A DNA stretch of 64,000 bases from Eledone cirrhosa (GCA_964016885.1 OZ024753.1:16058001-16122000), one strand, 5' to 3'. Positions 1-18,000 are shown, numbered from the stretch's first letter. The notes: a model not told the origin generated them from the sequence alone. Translations and numbers: made by a program.

Positions 1-3000
1 TACACATTATCACTTCCATCAACACGTTTCAGCCCCTATTATTGAACTACACATTATCGCCTCCATTAACAGGTTTCAGCTCCTATCACTGAACTACACA
101 TTATCACCTCCATCAACAGGTTTCAGCCCCTATCACTGAACTACACATTATCACCTCCATCAACAGGTTTCAGCCCCTATCACTGAACTACACATTATCA
201 CCTCCATCAACAGGTTTCAGCCTCTATCACTGAATTACACATTATCACCTCCATCAACAGGCTTCAGCCTCTATCACTGAACTACACATTATCACCTCCA
301 TCAACAGGTTTCAGCCCCTATCACTGAACTACACATTATCACTTCCATCAACAGGTTTCAGCCCCTATCACTGAACTACACATTATCACCTTCATCAACT
401 GGTTTCAGTCCCTATCACAGAACTACACATTATCACCTCCATCAACACGTTTCAGCCCCTATTATTGAACTACACATTATCGCCTCCATTAAGAGGTTTC
501 AGCTCCTATCACGGAACTACACATTATCATCTCCATCAACAGGTTTCAGCCCCTATCACTGAACTACACATTATCACCTCCATCAACAGGTTTCAGCCCC
601 TATCACTGAACTACACATTATCACCTCCATGAACACGTTTCAGCCCCTATCACTGAATTACACATTATCACCTCCATCAACATGCTTCAGCCCCTATCAC
701 TGAACTACACATTATCACCCCGATCAACAGGTTTCGGCCCCTATCACTGAACTACACATTATCACCCCCATCAACAGGTTTCGGACCCTATCACTGAACT
801 ACACATTATCATCTCTATCAATAGGTTTCGGACACTATCACTGAACTACACATTATCACCTCCATCAACAGGCTTCAGCCCCTATCACTGAACTACACAT
901 TATCACCCCGATCAACAGGTTTCGGCCCCTATCACTGAACTACACATTATCACCTCCATCAACAGGCTTCAGCCTCTATCACTGAACTACACATTATCAC
1001 CTCCATCAACAGGTTTCAGCCCCTATCACTGAACTACACATTATCACTTCCATCAACAGGTTTCAGCCCCTATCACTGAACTACACATTATCACCTTCAT
1101 CAACTGGTTTCAGTCCCTATCACAGAACTACACATTATCACCTCCATCAACACGTTTCAGCCCCTATTATTGAACTACACATTATCGCCTCCATTAACAG
1201 GTTTCAGCTCCTATCACGGAACTACACATTATCATCTCCATCAACAGGTTTCAGCCCCTATCACTGAACTACACATTATCACCTCCATCAACAGGTTTCA
1301 GCCCCTATCAACGAACTACACATTATCACCTCCATGAACACGTTTCAGCCCCTATCACTGAACTACACATTATCACCCCGATCAACAGGTTTCGGCCCCT
1401 ATCACTGAACTACACATTATCACCCCCATCAACAGGTTTCGGACCCTATCACTGAACTACACATTATCATCTCTATCAATAGGTTTCGGACACTATCACT
1501 GAACTACACATTATCACCTCCATCAACAGGCTTCAGCCCCTATCACTGAACTACACATTATCACCCCGATCAACAGGTTTCGGCCCCTATCACTGAACTA
1601 CACATTATCACCTCCATCAACAGGTTTCAGCTCCTATCACTGAACTACACATTAACACCTCCATCAACAGGTTTCACCCCCTATCACTGAACTACACATT
1701 ATCACCTCCATCAACAGGTTTCAGCCCCTATTATTGAACTACACATTATCGCCTCCATCAACAGGTTTCAGCCCCTATCATTGAACTACACATTATCACC
1801 TCCATCAAAAAGGTTTCAGCCCCTATCACTGAACTACACATTATCACCTCCATCAAAAAGGTTTCAGCCCCTATCACTGAACTACACATTATCGCCTCCA
1901 TCAACAGGTTTCAGCCCCTATCACTGAACTACACATTATCGCCTCCATCAACAGGCTTCAGCCCCTATCACTAAACTACACATTATCACCTCCATCAACA
2001 GGTTTCAGCCCCTATCACTGAACTACACATTATCACTTCCATCAACAGGTTTCAGCCCCTATCATTGAACTAGACATTATCACCTCCATCAAAAGGTTTC
2101 AGCCCCTATCACTGAACTACATATTATCACCTCCATCAACAGGTTTCAGCTCCTATCACTGAACTAAACATTATCACCTCCATCAACAGGTTTCAGGACC
2201 TATCACTGAACTACACATTATCACCTCCATCAACAGGTTTCAGCCCCTATCACTGAACTAAACATTATCACCTCAATCAAAAGGTTTCAGCCCCTATCAT
2301 AGAACTACACGTTATCGACTACATCAACAGGTTTCAGCCCCTATCACTGAACTACACATTATCACCTCCATCGACAGGTTTCAATCCCTATCACTGAACT
2401 ACACATTATCACCTCCATCAACAGGTTTCAGCCCCTATTATTGAACTACACATTATCACCTCCATCAACAGGTTTCTATACCTATCACTGAACTACACAT
2501 TATCACCTCCAGCAACAGGTTTCAGCTCCTATCACTGAACTACATATTATCACCTCCATCAACAGGTTTCAGCCCCTATCATTGAACTACACATTATCAC
2601 CTCCATCAACAGGTCTCAGCCCTATCATTGAACTACACATTATCACCTCCATCAACAGGTTTCAGCTCCTATCACTGAACTACATATTATCACCTCCATC
2701 AACAGGTTTCAGCCCCTATTACTAAACTACACATTATCATCTCCATCAACAGGTTTCAGCCTTATCACTGAGCTACACATTATCGCCTCAATCAACAGGT
2801 TTCAGCCCCTATCATTGAACTACAGATTATCACCTCCATCAACAGGTCTCAGCCCCTATCATTGAACTACACATTATCACCTCCATCAACAGGTTTCAGC
2901 TCCTATCACTGAACTACACACTATCAGCTCCATCAACAGGTTTCAGTCCCTATCACTAAACTACACATTATCACCTCCATCAACAGGTTTCAGCCCCTTT

Positions 3001-6000
3001 CACTGAACTACACATTATCACCTCCATCAACAGATTTCAGCCCCTATCACTGACCTACACATTATCACCTCCATCAACAGGTTTCAGCCCCTATCACTGA
3101 ACTACACATTATCACCTTCATCAACTGGTTTCAGTCCCTATCACAGAACTACACATTATCACCTCCATCAACACGTTTCAGCCCCTATTATTGAACTACA
3201 CATTATCGCCTCCATTAACAGGTTTCAGCTCCTATCACGGAACTACACATTATCATCTCCATCAACAGGTTTCAGCCCCTATCACTGAACTACACATTAT
3301 CACCTCCATCAACAGGTTTCAGCCCCTATCACTGAACTACACATTATCACCTCCATGAACACGTTTCAGCCCCTATCACTGAATTACACATTATCACCTC
3401 CATCAACATGCTTCAGCCCCTATCACTGAACTACACATTATCACCCCGATCAACAGGTTTCGGACCCTATCACTGAACTACACATTATCACCTCCATCAA
3501 CAGGCTTCAGCCCCTATCACTGAACTACACATTATCACCCCGATCAACAGGTTTCGGCCCCTATCACTGAACTACACATTATCACCTCCATCAACAGGCT
3601 TCAGCCTCTATCACTGAACTACACATTATCACCTCCATCAACAGGTTTCAGCCCCTATCACTGAACTACACATTATCACTTCCATCAACAGGTTTCAGCC
3701 CCTATCACTGAACTACACATTATCACCTTCATCAACTGGTTTCAGTCCCTATCACAGAACTACACATTATCACCTCCATCAACACGTTTCAGCCCCTATT
3801 ATTGAACTACACATTATCGCCTCCATTAACAGGTTTCAGCCCCTATCACTGAACTACACATTATCACCTCCATCAACAGGTTTCAGCCCCTATCACTGAA
3901 CTACACATTATCACCTCCATGAACACGTTTCAGCCCCTATCACTGAACTACACATTATCACCCCGATCAACAGGTTTCGGCCCCTATCACTGAACTACAC
4001 ATTATCACCCCCATCAACAGGTTTCGGACCCTATCACTGAACTACACGTTATCATCTCTATCAATAGGTTTCGGACACTATCACTGAACTACACATTATC
4101 ACCTCCATCAACAGGCTTCAGCCCCTATCACTGAACTACACATTATCACCCCGATCAACAGGTTTCGGCCCCTATCACTGAACTACACATTATCACCTCC
4201 ATCAACAGGTTTCAGCTCCTATCACTGAACTACACATTAACACCTCCATCAACAGGTTTCAGCCCCTATCATTGAACTACACATTATCACCTCCATCAAA
4301 AAGGTTTCAGCCCCTATCACTGAACTACACATTATCACCTCCATCAAAAAGGTTTCAGCCCCTATCACTGAACTACACATTATCGCCTCCATCAACAGGT
4401 TTCAGCCCCTATCACTGAACTACACATTATCGCCTCCATCAACAGGCTTCAGCCCCTATCACTAAACTACACATTATCACCTCCATCAACAGGTTTCAGC
4501 CCCTATCACTGAACTACACATTATCACTTCCATCAACAGGTTTCAGCCCCTATCATTGAACTAGACATTATCACCTCCATCAAAACGTTTCAGCCCCTAT
4601 CACTGAACTACATATTATCACCTCCATCAACAGGTTTCAGCTCCTATCACTGAACTAAACATTATCACCTCCATCAACAGGTTTCAGGACCTATCACTGA
4701 ACTACACATTATCACCTCCATCAACAGGTTTCAGCCCCTATCACTGAACTAAACATTATCACCTCAATCAAAAGGTTTCAGCCCCTATCATAGAACTACA
4801 CGTTATCGACTACATCAACAGGTTTCAGCCCCTATCACTGAACTACACATTATCACCTCCATCGACAGGTTTCAATCCCTATCACTGAACTACACATTAT
4901 CACCTCCATCAACAGGTTTCAGCCCCTATTATTGAACTACACATTATCACCTCCATCAACAGGTTTCTATACCTATCACTGAACTACACATTATCACCTC
5001 CAGCAACAGGTTTCAGCTCCTATCACTGAACTACATATTATCACCTCCATCAACAGGTTTCAGCCCCTATCATTGAACTACACATTATCACCTCCATCAA
5101 CAGGTCTCAGCCCTATCATTGAACTACACATTATCACCTCCATCAACAGGTTTCAGCTCCTATCACTGAACTACATATTATCACCTCCATCAACAGGTTT
5201 CAGCCCCTATTACTAAACTACACATTATCATCTCCATCAACAGGTTTCAGCCTTATCACTGAGCTACACATTATCGCCTCAATCAACAGGTTTCAGCCCC
5301 TATCATTGAACTACAGATTATCACCTCCATCAACAGGTCTCAGCCCCTATCATTGAACTACACATTATCACCTCCATCAACAGGTTTCAGCTCCTATCAC
5401 TGAACTACACACTATCAGCTCCATCAACAGGTTTCAGTCCCTATCACTAAACTACACATTATCACCTCCATCAACAGGTTTCAGCCCCTTTCACTGAACT
5501 ACACATTATCACCTCCATCAACAGATTTCAGCCCCTATCACTGACCTACACATTATCACCTCCATCAACAGGTTTCAGACCCTATCACTAAACTACACAT
5601 TATCACCTCCATCAACAGGTTTCAGCCCCTTTCACAGAGCTACACATTATCACCTCCATCAACAGGTTTCAGCCCCTATCACTGACCTGCACATTATCAC
5701 CTCCATCAACAGGTTTCAGCCCCTATCACTGAACTACACATTATCACCTCCATCAACAGGTTTCAGCCCCTATCACTGACCTACACATTATCACCTCCAT
5801 CAACAGGTGTCAGCCCCTATCATTGAACTACACATTATCACCAACATCAACAGGTTTCAGCCCTATCATTGAACTACACATTATCACCCCCATCAAGAGG
5901 TTTCGGACCCTATCACTGAACTACACATTATCACCAACATCAACAGGCTTCAGCCCCTATCACTGAACTACACATTATCACCCCCATCAACAGGTTTCAG

Positions 6001-9000
6001 TCCCTATCATTGAACTACACATTATCATCCCCATCAACAGGTTTCAGCCCTATCATTGAACTACACATTATCACCCCCATCAAGAGGTTTCGGACCCTAT
6101 CACTGAACTACATATTATCACCAACATCAACAGGCTTCAGCCCCTATCACTGAACTACACATTATCACCCCCATCAACAGGTTTCAGCCCCATCACTGAA
6201 CTACACATTATCACCTCCATCAACAGATTTCAGCCCCACCACTGAACTACACATTATCACCTCCATCAACTGGTTTCGGACCCTATCACGGAACTACACA
6301 TTATCACCTCCATCAACAGGTTTCAGCCCCTATCAATGAACTACAAATTATCACCTCCATCAACAGGTATCAGCCCCTATCATTGAACTACACATTATCA
6401 CCGCCATCAACAGGTATCAGCCCCTATCACTGAACTACACATTATCACCTCCATCAACAGGTTCCAACCCTTATCACTGAACTACACTTTATCACTTCCA
6501 TCAACAGGTTTCAGCCCCTATCACTGAACTACACATTATCACCTTCATCAACTGGTTTCAGTCCCTATCACTGAACTACACATTATCACCTCCATCAACA
6601 GGTTTCAGCCCCTATTATTGAACTACACATTATCGCCTTCATTAATACGTTTCAGCCCCTATCACTGAACTACACATTATCACCTTCTTCAACTGGTTTC
6701 AGCCCCTATTATTGAACTACACATTATCACCCCCATCAACAGGTTTCGGACCCTATCACTGAACTACATATTATCACCCCCATCAACAGGTTTCGGACCC
6801 TATCACTGAACTATACATTATCAAATATATCAACAGGTTTCAGCTCCATCACTGAACTACACATTATCACCTCCATCAACAGGTTTCGGACCCTATCACT
6901 GAACTACACATAATCACCTCCATGAACAGGTTTCAGCCCCTTTCACTGAACTACACATTATCACTCCATCAACAGGTGTCAGCCCCTATCACTGAACTAC
7001 ACATTATAACCTCCATCAACAGGTATCAGCCCCTATTACTGAACTACACATTATCACCTCCATCAACAGGTTTCAGCCCCTATCACTGAACTACACATTA
7101 TCACCTCCATCAACAGGTTTCAGCTCCTATCACTGAACTACATATTCTTACCTCCATCAACAGGTTTCAGCCCCTATCACTGAACTACACATTATCAGCT
7201 CCATCAACAGGTTTCAGCCCCTATCACTGAACTACACATTATCACCTCCAATCACTGAACTACACATTATCACCTCCATCAACAGGTTTCATCCCTATCA
7301 CTGAACTAAACATTATCACCTCAATCAACAGGTTTCAGCCCCTATTATTGAACTACACATTATCGCCTCCATCAACAGGTTTCAGCCCCTATCACTGAAC
7401 TACACATTCTCATCTCCATCAACAGGTGTCAGCCCCTATCACTGAACTACACATTATCACCTCCATCAACAGGTTTCAGCTCCTATCACTGAACTAAACA
7501 TTATCATCTATCAACAGGTTTCAGCCCCTATCACTGAACTACACATTATCACCTCCATCAACAGGTTTCAGCCCCTATTATTGAACTACACATTATCGAC
7601 TCCATCAACAGGTTTTAGCCCATATCACTGAACTACACATTATCACCTCCATCAACAGGTTTCAGCCCCTATCACTGAACGAGACATTATCACCCCCATC
7701 GACAGGTTTCAATCCCTATCACTGAACTACATATTATCACCTCCATCAACAGGTTTCAGCCCCTAACACTAAACTACACATTATAACCTCCATCAACAGG
7801 TTTTAGCCCCTATCACTGAGCTACACATTGTCGCCTCAATCAACAGATTTCAGCCCCTATCATTGAACTACACGTTATCACCTCCATCAACAGGTCTCAG
7901 CCCCTATCATTGAACTACACATTATCACCTCCTTCAACAGGTTTCGCTCCTATCACTGAACTACATATTATCACCTCCATCAACAGGTTTCAGCCCCTAT
8001 CACTAAACTACACATTATTTCCTCCATCAACAGGTTTCAGCCCCTATCATTGAACTACACATTATCACCTCCATCAACATGTCTCAGCCCCTATCATTGA
8101 ACTACACATTATCACCTCCATCAACAGGTTTCGGCTCCTATCACTGAACTGCATATTATCCCCTCCATCAACAGGTTTCAGCCCCTATCACTGAGCTCCA
8201 CATTATCGCCTCAATCAACAGATTTGAGCCCCTATCACTGAACTACACATTATCACCTCCATCAACAGGTATCAGCCCCTATCACTGAATTACACATTAT
8301 CACCTCCATCAACAGGCTTCAGCCCCTATCACTGAACTACACATTATCACCCCCATCAACATGTTTCGGACCCTATCACTGAACTACACATTATCACCCC
8401 CATCAACAGGTTTCGGACCCTATCACTGAACTACACATTATCACCTCTATCAACAGGTTTCGGACCCTATCATTGAACTACACATTATCACCCCCATCAA
8501 CCTGTTTCGGACCCTATCACTGAACTACACATTATCACCTCCATCAACAGGCTTCAGCCCCTATCACTGAACTACACATCATCACCCCCATCAACAGTTT
8601 TCGGACCCTATCACTTAACTACACATTATCACCTCTATCAACAGGTTTCAGAGCCTATCACTGAACTACACGTTATCAGCCCCTCTCACTGAACTACACA
8701 TTTTCACCTCCATCAACAGGTTTCGGACCCTATCACTGAACTACACATTATCACCTCCATCAACAGGTTTCAGCCCCTATCAATGAACTACACATTATCA
8801 CCTCCATCAACAGGTATCAGCCCCTATCACTGAACTACACATTATCACCTCCATCAACAGGTATCAGCCCCTATCACTGAACTACACATTATCACCTCCA
8901 TCAACAGGTATCAGCCCCTATCACTGAACTACACATTATCACCTCCATCAACAGGTTTCAGACCCTATCACTGAACTACACGTTATCACCTCCATCAACA

Positions 9001-12000
9001 GGTTTCAGCCACTATCACTGAACTACACATTATAACCACCATCAACAGGTTTCAACCCCTATCACGGAACTACACATTATCACTTCCATCAACAGGTTTT
9101 AGTCCCTATCACTGAACTACACGTTATCACCTCCATCAACAGGTTTCAGCCCCTATCACTGAACTACAAATTATCACCTTCATCAACTGGTTTCAGTCCC
9201 TATCACTGAACTACACATTATCACCTGCATCAACAGGTTTCAGCCCCTATTATTGAACTACACATTATCGCCTCCATTAACAGGTTTCAGCTCCAATCAT
9301 TGAACTACACATTATCACCTCCATCAACAGGTTTCAGCCCCTATTATTGAACTACACATTATCGCCTCCATTAACAGGTTTCAGCTCCTATCACTGAACT
9401 ACACATTATCACATACATGAACACGTTTCAGCCCCTATCACTGAATTACACATTATCACCTCCATCAACAGGCTTCAGCCCCTATCACTGGACTACACAT
9501 TATCACCCCGATCAACAGGTTTCGGCTCCTATCACTGAACTACACATTATCACCCCCATCAACAGGTTTCAGACCCTATCACTGAACTATACATTATCAC
9601 CCCATCAACAGGTTTCGGACCCTATCATTGAACTACACATTATCACCTCCATCAACAGGTTTCAGCCCCTATCAATGAACTACACATTATCACCCCCATC
9701 AACAGGTTCGGACTCTATCACTGAACTACACATTATCACCTCCATCAACAGGTTTCAGCCCCTATCACTGAACTACACATTATCACCTCCATCAACAGGT
9801 TTCAGCCCCTATCACTGAACTACACATTATCACCCCCATCAACAGGTTTCGGACCCTATCACTGAACTACACATTATCACCTCCATCAACGGGTTTAAGC
9901 CCCTATCATTGAACTACACATTATCACCCCCATCAACAGGTTTCGGACCCTATCACTGAACTACACATTATCACCTCCATCAACAGGTTTCAGTTCCTAT
10001 CACTGAACTACACATTATCACCTCCATGAACAGGTTTCAGCCCCTTTCACTGAACTACACATTATCACCTCCATCAACAGGTGTCAGCACCTATCACTGA
10101 ACTACACATTATCACCTCCATCAACAAGTTTCAGCCCCTATCACTGAACTACACATTATCGCCTCCATCAACAGGTTTCAGCTCCTATCACTGAACTACA
10201 TATTCTCACCTCCATCAACAGGTTTCAGCCCCTATCACTGAACTACACATTATCACCTCCATCAACAGGTTTCAGCCCCTATCACTGAACTACACATTAT
10301 CACCTCCAATCACTGAACTACACATTATCACTTCCATCAACAGGTTTCATCCCCTATTACTGAACTAAACATTATCACCTCAATCAACAGGTTTCAGCCC
10401 CTATTATTGAACTACACATTATCGCCTCCATCAACAGGTTTCAGCCCCTATCACTGAACTACACATTATCACCTCCATCAACAGGTTTCAGCTCCTATCA
10501 CTGAACTAAACATTATCATCTATCAACAGGTTTCAGCCCCTATCACTGAACTACACATTATCACCTCCATCAAAAGGTTTCAGCCTCTATCACTGAACTA
10601 CACATTATCACCTCCATCAACAGGTATCAGCCCCTATCACTGAACTACACATTATCACCTCCATCAACAGGTTTCAGACCCTATCACTGAACTACACGTT
10701 ATCACCTCCATCAACGGGTTTCAGCCACTATCACGGAACTACACATTATCACTTCCATCAACAGGTTTTAGTCCCTATCACTGAACTACACGTTATCACC
10801 TCCATCAACAGGTTTCAGCCCCTATCACTGAACTACACATTGTCACCTTCATTAACAGGTTTCAACCCCTATCATTGAACTACACATTATCACCCCCATC
10901 AACAGGTTTCGGATCCTATCACTGAACTACACATTATCACCTCCATCAACAGGTTTCAGCCCCTATCACTGAACTACACATTATCACCTCCATCAACAGG
11001 TGTCAGCCGCTGTCACTGAACTACACATTATCAAATCTATCAACAGGTTTCAGCCCCATCACTGAACTACACATTATCACCTCCATCAACAGGTTTCAGC
11101 CCCTATCACTGAACTACACATTATCACTCCATCAACAGGTGTCAGCCGCTGTCACTGAACTACACATTATCACTCCATCAACAGGTGTCAGCCCCTATTA
11201 CTGAACTACACATTATCACCTCAATCAACAGGTTTCAGCCCCTATCACTGAACTACACATTATCACCTCCATCAACAGGTTTCGGACCATATCACTGAAC
11301 TACACATTATCACCCCCATCAACAGGTTTCGGACCCTATCACTGAACTATACATTATCACCTCCATCAACTGGTTTCGGACCCTATCACTGAACTACACA
11401 TTATCACCCCCATCAACAGGTTTCGGACCCTATCACTGAACTACACATTATCACCCCCATCAACAGGTTTCGGACCCTATCACTGAACTACACATTATCA
11501 CCCCCATCAACAGGTTTCGGACCCTATCACTGAACTATACATTATCACCTCCATCAACAGGTATCAGCCCCTACCACTGAACTACATATTATCACCCCCA
11601 TCAACAGGTTTCAGCCCCATCACTGAACTACACATTATCACCCCCATCAACAGGTTTCGGACCCTATCACTGACCTACACATTATCACCCCCATCAACAG
11701 GTTTCGGACCCTATCACTGAACTATACATTACCACCTCCATCAACAGGTATCAGCCCCTATCACTGAACTACATATTATCACCCCCATCAACAGGTTTCA
11801 GCCCCATCACTGAACTACACATTATCACCCCCATCAACAGGTTTCGGACCCTATCACTGAACTACATATTATCACCCCCATCAACAGGTTTCGGACCCTA
11901 TCCCTGAACTACACATTATCACCTCCATCAACAGGTTTCAGCCCTATCCCTGAACTACACATTATCACCTCCATCAACAGGTTTCAGCCCCTACTATTGA

Positions 12001-15000
12001 ACTGCACATTATCGCCTCCATGAACACGTTTCAGCCCCTATTCTTGAACTACACATTATCACCCCCATCAACAGGTTTCGGACCCTATCACTGAACTATA
12101 CATTACCACCTCCATCAACAGGTATCAGCCCCTATCACTGAATTACACATTATCACCTCCATCAACAGGCTTCAGCCCCTATTCTTGAACTACACATTAT
12201 CACCCCGATCAACAGGTTTCGGCCCCTATCACTGAACTACACATTATCAGCCCCATCAACAGGTTTCGCACCCTATCACTGAACTACACATTATCACCTC
12301 CATGAACACGTTTCAGCCCCTATCACTGAATTACACATTATCACCTCCATCAACAGGCTTCAGCCCCTATTCTTGAACTACACATTATCACCCCGATCAA
12401 CAGGTTTCGGCCCCTATCACTGAACTACACATTATCAGCCCCATCAACAGGTTTCGCACCCTATCACTGAACTACACATTATCACCTCCATGAACACGTT
12501 TCAGCCCCTATCACTGAATTACACATTATCACCTCCATCAACAGGCTTCAGCCCCTATCACTGGACTACACATTATCACCCCGATCAACAGGTTTCGGCT
12601 CCTATCATTGAACTACACATTATCACCCCCATCAACAGGTTTCAGACCCTATCACTGAACTATACATTATCACCCCCATCAACAGGTTTCGGACCCTATC
12701 ACTGAACTAGACATTATCACCTCCATCAACAGGTTTAAGCCCCTATCAATGAACTACACATTATCACCTCCATCAAGAGGCTTCAGCCCCTATCACTGAA
12801 CTACACATTATCACCTCCATCAACAGGTTTCAGCCCCTATCATTGAACTACACATTATCACCCCCATCAACAGGTTCGGACTCTATCACTGAACTACACA
12901 TTATTACCTCCATCAACAGGTTTCAGCCCCTATCACTGAACTACACATTATCACCTCCATCAACAGGTTTCAGCCCCTATCACTGAACTACACATTATCA
13001 CCCCCATCAAAAGGTTTCGGACCCTATCACTGAACTACACATTATCACCTCCATCAACAGGTTTCAGCCCCTATCACTGAACTACACATTATCACCTCCA
13101 TCAGCAGGTTTCAGCTCCTATCACTGAACTACACATTATCACCTCCATGAACAGGTTTCAGCCCCTTTCACTGAACTACACATTATCACTCCATCAACAG
13201 GTGTCAGCCCCTATCACAGAACTACATATTATCAACTCCATCAACAGGTTTCAGCCCCTATCACTGAACTACACATTATCGCCTCCATCAACAGGTTTCA
13301 GCTCCTATCACTGAACTACATATTCTCACCTCCATCAACAGGTTTCAGCCCCTATCACTGAACTACACATTATCACCTCCATCAACAGGTTTCAGCCCCT
13401 ATCACTGAACTACACATTATCACCTCCAATCACTGAACTACACATTATCACCTCCATCAACAGGTTTCATCCCCTATCACTGAACTAAACATTATCACCT
13501 CAATCAACAGGTTTCAGCCCCTATTATTGAACTACACATTATCGCCTCCATCAACAGGTTTCAGCCCCTATCACTGAACTACACATTCTCACCACCATCA
13601 ACAGGTGTCAGCCCCTATCACTGAACTACACATTATCACCTCCATCAACAGGTTTCAGCTCCTATCACTGAACTAAACATTATCATCTATCAACAGGTTT
13701 CAGCCCCTATCACTGAACTACACATTATCACCTCCATCAAAAGGTTTCAGCCCCTATCACTGAACTAAACATTATCACCTCAATCAACAGGTTTCAGCCC
13801 CTATTATTGAACTACACATTATCGACTCCATCAACAGTTTTCAGCCCCTATCACTGAACTACACATTGTCACCTCCATTAACAGGTTTCAACCCCTATCA
13901 TTGAACTACACATTATCACCCCCATCAACAGGTTTCGGATCCTATCACTGAACTACACATTATCACCTCCATCAACAGGTTTCAGCCCCTATCACTGAAC
14001 TACACATTATCACCTCCATCAACAGGTGTCAGCCGCTGTCACTGAACTACACATTATCAAATCTATCAACAGGTTTCAGCCCCATCACTGAACTACACAT
14101 TATCACCGCCATCAACAGGTTTCAGCCCCTATCACTGAACTACACATTATCACTCCATCAACAGGTGTCAGCCGCTGTCACTGAACTACACATTATCACT
14201 CCATCAACAGGTGTCAGCCCCTATTACTGAACTACACATTATCACCTCAATCAACAGGTTTCAGCCCCTATCACTGAACTACACATTATCACCCCCATCA
14301 ACAGGTTTCGGACCCTATCACTGAACTATACATTATCACCTCCATCAACTGGTTTCGGACCCTATCACTGAACTACACATTATCACCCCCATCAACAGGT
14401 TTCGGACCCTATCACTGAACTACACATTATCACCCCCATCAACAGGTTTCGGACCCTATCACTGAACTATACATTACCACCTCCATCAACAGGTATCAGC
14501 CCCTATCACTGAACTACATATTATCACCCCCATCAACAGGTTTCAGCCCCATCACTGAACTACACATTATCACCCCCATCAACAGGTTTCGGACCCTATC
14601 ACTGAACTACATATTATCACCCCCATCAACAGGTTTCGGACCCTATCCCTGAACTACACATTATCACCTCCATCAACAGGTTTCAGCCCTATCCCTGAAC
14701 TACACATTATCACCTCCATCAACAGGTTTCAGCCCCTATTATTGAACTGCACATTATCGCCTCCATGAACACGTTTCAGCCCCTATCACTGAATTACACA
14801 TTATCACCTCCATCAACAGGCTTCAGCCCCTATTCTTGAACTACACATTATCACTCCGATCAACAGGTTTCGGCCCCTATCACTGAACTACACATTATCA
14901 GCCCCATCAACAGGTTTCGCACCCTATCACTGAACTACACATTATCACCTCCATGAACACGTTTCAGCCCCTATCACTGAATTACACATTATCACCTCCA

Positions 15001-18000
15001 TCAACAGGCTTCAGCCCCTATTATTGAACTACACATTATCACCCCGATCAACAGGTTTCGGCCCCTATCACTGAACTACACATTATCACCCCCATCAACA
15101 GGTTTCAGCCCCTATCACTGAACTACACGTTATCACCCCCATCAACAGGTTTCGGACTCTATCACTGAACTACACATTATCACCTCCATCAACAGGTTTC
15201 AGCCCCTATCACTGAACTACACATTATCACCCCCATCAACAGGTTTCGGACCCTATCACTGAACTACACATTATCACCCCCATCAACAGGTTTCGGACCC
15301 TATCACTGAACTACACATTATCACCTCCATCAACAGGTTTCAGTCCCTATCACTGAACTACACATTATCACCCCATCAACAGGTTTCAGCCCCTATCATT
15401 GAACTACACATTATCACCCCCATCAACAGGTTTCGGACCCTATCACTGAACTACACATTATCACCCCATCAACAGGTTTCGGACCCTATCACTGAACTAC
15501 ACATTATCACCTCCATCAACAGGTTTCTGCTCCTATCACTGAACTACACATTATCACCTCCATGAACAGGTTTCAGCCCCTTTCACTGAACTACACATTA
15601 TCACCTCCATCAACAGGTTTCAGCCCCTATTACTGAACTACACATTATCACCTCCATTAACAGGTTTCAGCCCCTATCACTGAACTACACATTATCACCT
15701 CCATCAACAGGTTTCAGCTCCTATCACTGAACTACACATTCTCACCTCCATCAACAGGTGTCAGCCCCTATCACTGAACTACACATTATCACCTCCATCA
15801 ACAGGTTTCAGCTCCTATCACTGAACTAAACATTACCATCTATCAACAGGGTTCAGCCCCTATCACTGAACTACACATTATCACCTCCATCAACAGGTTT
15901 CAGCCCCTATCACTGAACTAAACATTATCACCTTAATCAACAGGTTTCAGCCCCTATTATTGAACTACACATTATCACCTCCATCAACAGGTTTCAGCCC
16001 CTATCACTGAACTACACATTATCACCTCCATCGACAGGTTTCAATCCCTATCACTGAACTACACATTATCACCTCCATCAACAGGTTTCAGCCCCTATCA
16101 CTGAACTACACATTATCACTCCATCAACAGGTGTCAGCCCCTATCACTGAACTACACATTATCACCTTCATCAACAGGTTTGAGCCCCTATCACTGAACC
16201 ACACATTATCACCTCCATCAACAGGTTTCAGCCCCTATCATTGAACTACACATTATCACCTCCATCAACAGGTTTCTGCCCCTATCACTGAACTACACAT
16301 TATCACCTCTATCAACAGGGATCAGCTCCTATCACTGAACTACACATTATCACCTCCATCAACAGGTTTCAGCTCCTATTACTGAACTACACATTATCAC
16401 CTCCATCAACAGGTTTCAGCCCCTATCAATGAACTACACATTATCACCTCCATCAACAGGTTTCAGCCCCTATCACTGAACTACACATTATCACCTCCAT
16501 CAACAGGTTTCAGCCCCTATCATTGAACTACACATTATCACCCCCATCAACAGGTTTCGGACCCTATCAGTGAACTACACATTATCACCTCCATCAACAG
16601 GTTTCAGCTCCTATCACTGAACTACACATTATCACCTCCATCAACAGGTTTCAGCCCCTTTCACTGAACTATACATTATCACTCCATCAACAGGTGTCAG
16701 CCCCTATCACTGAACTACACATTATCACCTCCATCAACAGGTTTCAGCCCCTATTACTGAACTACACATTATCACCTCCATCAACAGGTTTCAGCCCCTA
16801 TCACTGAACTACACATTATCACCTCCATCAACAGGTTTCAGCTCCTATCACTGAACTACACGTTATCACCTCCATCAACAGGTTTCAGCCCCTATCACTG
16901 AACTACACATTATCACCTCCATCAACAGGTTTCAGCTCCTATCACTGAACTAAACATTATCACCTCCATCAACAGGTTTCAGCCCCTATCACTGAACTAA
17001 ACATTATCACCTCAATCAACAGGTTTCAGCCCCTATTATTGAACTACACATTATCGACACCATCAACAGGCTTCAGCCCCTATCACTGAACTACATATTA
17101 TTACCTCCATCAACAGGTTTCAGCCCCTATCACTGAACTACATATTATCACCTCCATCGACAGGTTTCAATCCCTATCACTGAACTACAAATTATCACCT
17201 CCATCAACAGGTCTCAGCCCCTATCATTGAACTACACATTATCACCTCCATCAACAGGTTCCAATCCCTATCATTGAACTACACATTATCACCTCCATCA
17301 ACAGGTTTCAACCCCTATGATTGAACTACACATTATCGCCTCCATCAACAGGTTTCAGCCCCTATCACTGAACTACACATTATCACCTCCATCAACAAGT
17401 TTCAGCTCCTATCACTGAACTACACATTATCACCTCTATCAACAGGTTTCAGCCCCTATCACTGAACTACACATTATCACCTCCATCAACAGGTATCAGC
17501 CCCTATCACTGAACTACACATTATCACCTCCATCAACAGGTTTCAGCCCCTATCACTGAACTACACATTATCACCTCCATCAAAAGGTTTCAGCCCCTAT
17601 CATTGACCTACACATTATCACCTCCATCAACAGTTTTCAGCCCCTATCACTGAACTACACATTATCACCTCTATCAACAGGTATCAGCTCCTATCACTGA
17701 ACTACACATTATCACCTCCATCAACAGGTTTCAGCTCCTATTACTGAACTACACATTATCACCTCCATCAACAGGTTTCAGCTCCTATTACTGAACTACA
17801 CATTATCACCTCCATCAACAGTTTTCAGCCCCTATCACTGAATTACACATTATCACCTCTATCAACAGGTTGCAGCCCCTATCACTGAACTACACATTAT
17901 CACCTCCATCAACAGGTATCAGCCCGTATCACTAAACTACACATTATCATCTCCATCAACAGGTTGCAGCCCCTATCACTGATATACATATTATCACCTC